DNA of 64,000 nucleotides, taken from contig NW_027139581.1 of NCBI RefSeq assembly GCF_035084215.1, forward strand, positions 4,154,001 to 4,218,000, given 5' to 3'. This stretch comes from Heptranchias perlo (lineage: Eukaryota). The notes under the pieces were generated by a model. The model was not told the DNA's origin, did no database searches, and saw only the letters and a list, made by a program, of their open reading frames with translations. Each line of letters opens with the position of its first letter. Position 1 is the first letter of the stretch. A program made the translations under genes and the position numbers. Of this stretch, positions 60,692-64,000 are shown in pieces.

Positions 60692-62104
60692 CTACGGGGA
60701 TGGAGAGGAGGAAATATATTCAGATCGTTTATTAAACCAGGATATATTATTATTATTAGTTTCTTTCTATCCTTACTGTATTATATTGGTCTCTAATTTA
60801 ATTTCCAAGGTGTATCTTTTGTTCAGTTAATCCCGCTCAGTAATCTGTCTCTGTTCCTAACTTCACAGCCTCGCTTCCTTTATGATCCTCATACATTCCG
60901 TGTTGGTAAAGGTGATTTTTTTTCTTAATTGTCAGACACTAATGTATTTTCAATCGATTTCGTAGATCGATCATTCGGGGATATTATGGTGAGATATCGA
61001 GGGATGTTCAGTGATTTATGTCGATTATTTTATCGATAGGTTTCGATAACTCCTATTTGACGGCTGGCATGGTGCTGGGTAAGAGATCGGATGTTAGTTC
61101 CAATCTTGGTCGTTTATTTGTGATGGAAATACTTTGAACATTATCTATCTGTATCAGTTTCCAACTGAGATCATTGCTTCAGTGCATGTATAGGACCGGA
61201 ATAGGGAGCAGGAAGATGTTATGGTATCAAAGTTTCTCAGAATACCAAGAACTGGGTTTTAGAAAATAGGTCCATTTCGTGTATTTTTAACGATCAGTTC
61301 AGTGAGATTAGTTAGTTTTCCCACTTCAGGATATGAAAGTGGCTTTTCCCGGCTGTCAGAAATTCGGACAGCTCTGGGCACGGCCTGTGACAATGAACGA
61401 CCACCTGCTCTGGAATATTGATCTCCAGCGGTTTCTAATGTGCTCTGTTTCAGGGCAATCGTTATCACCTCAAAGACTAGGTCAATGTAGTTTAGATTAT
61501 TGACGCCAAACCTCTCATCTCAAGTTTAGTCAGGCAATGTTTTCTCAATCCCCCTGAATAGATATTTTTATTCATAAATAGTTATTTAATAAGTTGATTT
61601 ATTTGATGTAAAGCGACGTTTATATTTGCAGACCATGTGGTTCTGTTATTTAGAAACTGACTGCCCGCTGGTCCCGGGGGTTCGTGGACAACAGAAGGGC
61701 AGTGTCTGTCTCTCTTTCATGAGGACAGGAGAGATGGTCTGTGCCGACCAATGCCCTTCCGTCACTACTGTCTACATTCAATGCAGTGAAGATAGAAATG
61801 CAACATTTTATTGGATAGAAATGATCCTCTGCATGTTGCTTTAATGGTCTTCTGTTAAATTAGTTGGAGTGGCCTCACACTGGTTCCCAACGGGCATTGT
61901 CTAACAGCTCAAAACTGGCTTCAATCGGAAGAAATCGGTGTAATGACGAAGAGAAGCCGCAATGTATTGTTTTTGTGGGAATTGGAAACAGCCATTGTAT
62001 TGTGTATGGAAGCGGTTTTCTTATGTTAGGGTTAAGGGGTCTGGTAGTGGAAGCACCTTTAGTCTGCATTTAGCTTGTGCTGTGAATAAGCTGGAAGGGC
62101 GGAA

Positions 62105-62482
62105 TATAGAAGGTTAACGGGTGATTTGAATGAGATTTTTAAGATTTTGAAAGGAATTGATAGGGTAGATAGAGAGAAACTTTTCCCGCTGGCGGGGGAG
62201 ACTAGGACAAGGGGACATAACCTTAAAATCAGAGCCAGGCCATTCAGGAGAGACGTTAGGAAACATTTCTTCACACACCGGGTGGGAGAAGTGTGGAACT
62301 CTCTCCCACAAAAAGCAGTCGATGCTCAATTAATAATTTTAAAGCTGATTTATTTTTGCTAGCCAAGGGTATTACGGGATCTGGAGCCAAGACGGGTGGA
62401 TGGAGTTAGGATACAGATCAGCCATGATCTCAATGAATGGCGGAACAGGCTCGAGGGGCTGAATGGCCTCCTCCTGTTCTTG
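62105..62482 (+). mobile_element. CR1 3' fragment in the Cmu4-TM1 intron
   Basis: FKILKGIDRVDREKLFPLAGETRTRGHNLKI. Confidence 0.88.
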
Positions 62483-62593
62483 CGTTCCAACGGAATGTTG
62501 GCGCATTGGGTCTCCAAAGGGAACATATCCTGCTCCCGACCAACAAAAATAATTCAATTCCCATACATTTGACTCGTTAACAGAAAAAGGGTC

Positions 62594-62599
62594 TTTATT
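62594..62599 (-). terminator. Poly(A) signal for secreted IgM
   Basis: AATAAA on minus, ~35 nt after the stop codon. Confidence 0.8.
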
Positions 62600-62632
62600 T
62601 GCTTTTAATTAAGGAATTGAAAAAAGATAATC

Positions 62633-63024
62633 TCATTGACAAGAATTCACGGTGTCCATCAGTACAAGGGAAATGTTCACAAAACTCGGTTTACCGCTCG
62701 ATTTATTAACCGTTCTGCTCATTATCTTCAAGGGAATGGCTTCATGTCCGACCACACAGGAGTAAGAAGCACCGCTGGTCCAATCCTCCGTCTTAATGGA
62801 TAACATGCTGTACATGAAGAAGGAGCTACTGTCGTTCTCCGCCATCACCTCAGTGTTCTTGTAGCCGCTGGAATTCAGCGTCTTGTTATTAACGGTCCAC
62901 TTGACAAAGATCTCTCTGGGAGAGAAACCTCTCACTAAGCAGGTGAGGGTCATAGACCGCTGAGCGGAGATTTCTTCTGCTAACGGGAGGAGGACAAACA
63001 CAGACGGTTCCTGTGAATTTGGAT
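62633..63024 (-). CDS. IGHM: IgM heavy-chain Cmu4 exon with secretory tailpiece
   Basis: C1-set domain ([37 protein letters not shown]); tail [20 protein letters not shown] with NIS sequon and penultimate Cys, matching shark mu chains; acceptor tttttttctgtag; internal donor AGC G|GTAAAC at 62695/62694. Confidence 0.95.
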
Positions 63025-63391
63025 CTACAGAAAAAAATGTTTGGATATTAATAAGTGAGAGGCGATCATAGAGGGAATAAAGCGCAGCTTTAGGTTGTGA
63101 AGATTCACTTTGCACTCGGAGATATCGTTCCCTTGCCTAATTTTAAAAACTCTGTTTGTTGCTTTGTGCACGAGTCACTTAAGGTGACATCTCTCCTCTC
63201 CTCTACGTGCCTTGAGAAGGCCATCGTTTGAGAAATGTAACTGAGTGGCTTGTAGATAATTTGAGAGGACAACTCCATCGTCCTGGAGCAAAGCCACATG
63301 TGGCGAAGATCGCATAGGGGTGATAGCCTCCCTTCGGATATAGACAGTAAAAGGAAAATGGACAAAAAGTTCGGATTTTTAACAGTCAGTT

Positions 63392-64000
63392 CAGGAACAT
63401 AGGAACAGAAGGAGGCCATTCAGGCCCTCGAGCCTGTTCCGCCATTGAATTATAACATGGCTGATCTGTGTCTCAACTGCATTTACCCGCTTGGTTCCAT
63501 ATCTCTCAATAACTTTTATTACAGTATCATAATATGGTACAGCACAGAAGGAGGCCATTCGGCCCAACGTACCTATTCCGGCTCTTTGAAAGTGCAATCC
63601 AATTATTCCCATTACCCTGCTCTTTCCCGATAACTGTCCATTTTTTTCATTTCAAGTATTAACCAATTCCGTTTTGAAAGTTACGATTGAATCTGCTTCC
63701 ACCACCCTTTCAGGCAGAACATTCAGATCATTACATCTCGGTGCGAAAAAAATGTTTCCTCATGTCGCCTCTGGCTCTTTTGCCAACCACTTTAAATCTG
63801 TGTCCTCTGGTTACCAAACCTTCTGCCACTGGAAACAGTTTCTCCTTATTTACCTGATCAAAACCCTTCATGATTTTGAACACCTCCATAACATCTCCCC
63901 TTAACATTCTCTGTTCTAAGGAGAACAATCCCGGCTTCTCCAGTCTCCAAATAACCGAAATCTCTCATCCCTGGTGCCATTCTAGTAAATCTCGTCTGCA
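63392..64000 (-). mobile_element. CR1 tail and CR1 3' fragment in the intron upstream of Cmu4
   Basis: FSLEQRMLRGDVMEVFKIMKGFD (ORF 63731-63928); 3'UTR ggccattcaggccctcgagcc. Confidence 0.85.

Noticed and set aside
60850-62090. Extra Ig exon in the Cmu4-TM1 intron
   Set aside because: No Ig-fold Cys/Trp pattern or convincing spliced frame seen; origin unassigned.
26012-62695. IgM-GPCR read-through fusion (both junctions are phase 1)
   Set aside because: Phase 1 is universal for Ig exons, two poly(A) signals and the TM exons intervene, and the product would lack half of TM1.
62633-63115. IgW/IgNAR assignment, or a 160-aa single-exon protein
   Set aside because: Domain, tailpiece and TM exons match shark mu chains; residues upstream of 63024 are intron.

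Overview
Vertebrate (cartilaginous-fish/shark-type) genomic DNA, not prokaryotic. About 80% of it by eye is retroelement debris (CR1, L2 and a third APE-RT LINE family) and tandem repeats. Recognisable genes: (1) the 3' end of an IgM heavy-chain gene on the minus strand (Cmu4 + secretory tailpiece 62633-63024, TM1 60564-60691, TM2 60416-60424, both poly(A) signals); (2) an apparently intact two-exon GPR139/GPR142-like class A GPCR on the minus strand (exon 1 45399-45495, exon 2 25114-26012, 331 aa) whose 19.4-kb intron holds a 15.1-kb, ~280-copy 54-bp minisatellite amplified from inside an L2 element; (3) three decayed C2H2 zinc-finger paralogues and three homologous CpG-island promoter modules; (4) a Harbinger-type Myb/SANT pseudogene; (5) a small cluster of tRNA pseudogenes around a 160-N gap. 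Most notable: on the GPCR sense strand nearly every 54-bp unit is a polypyrimidine tract + CAG, in phase with exon 1 and with a stop-free 5056-codon P/T/S/V/C mucin-like frame that ends before an intronic AATAAA. The GPCR promoter also has olfactory-receptor-like homeodomain and O/E-like motifs. Coordinates were read by eye; element boundaries are approximate (tens of bp) and no searches were run.
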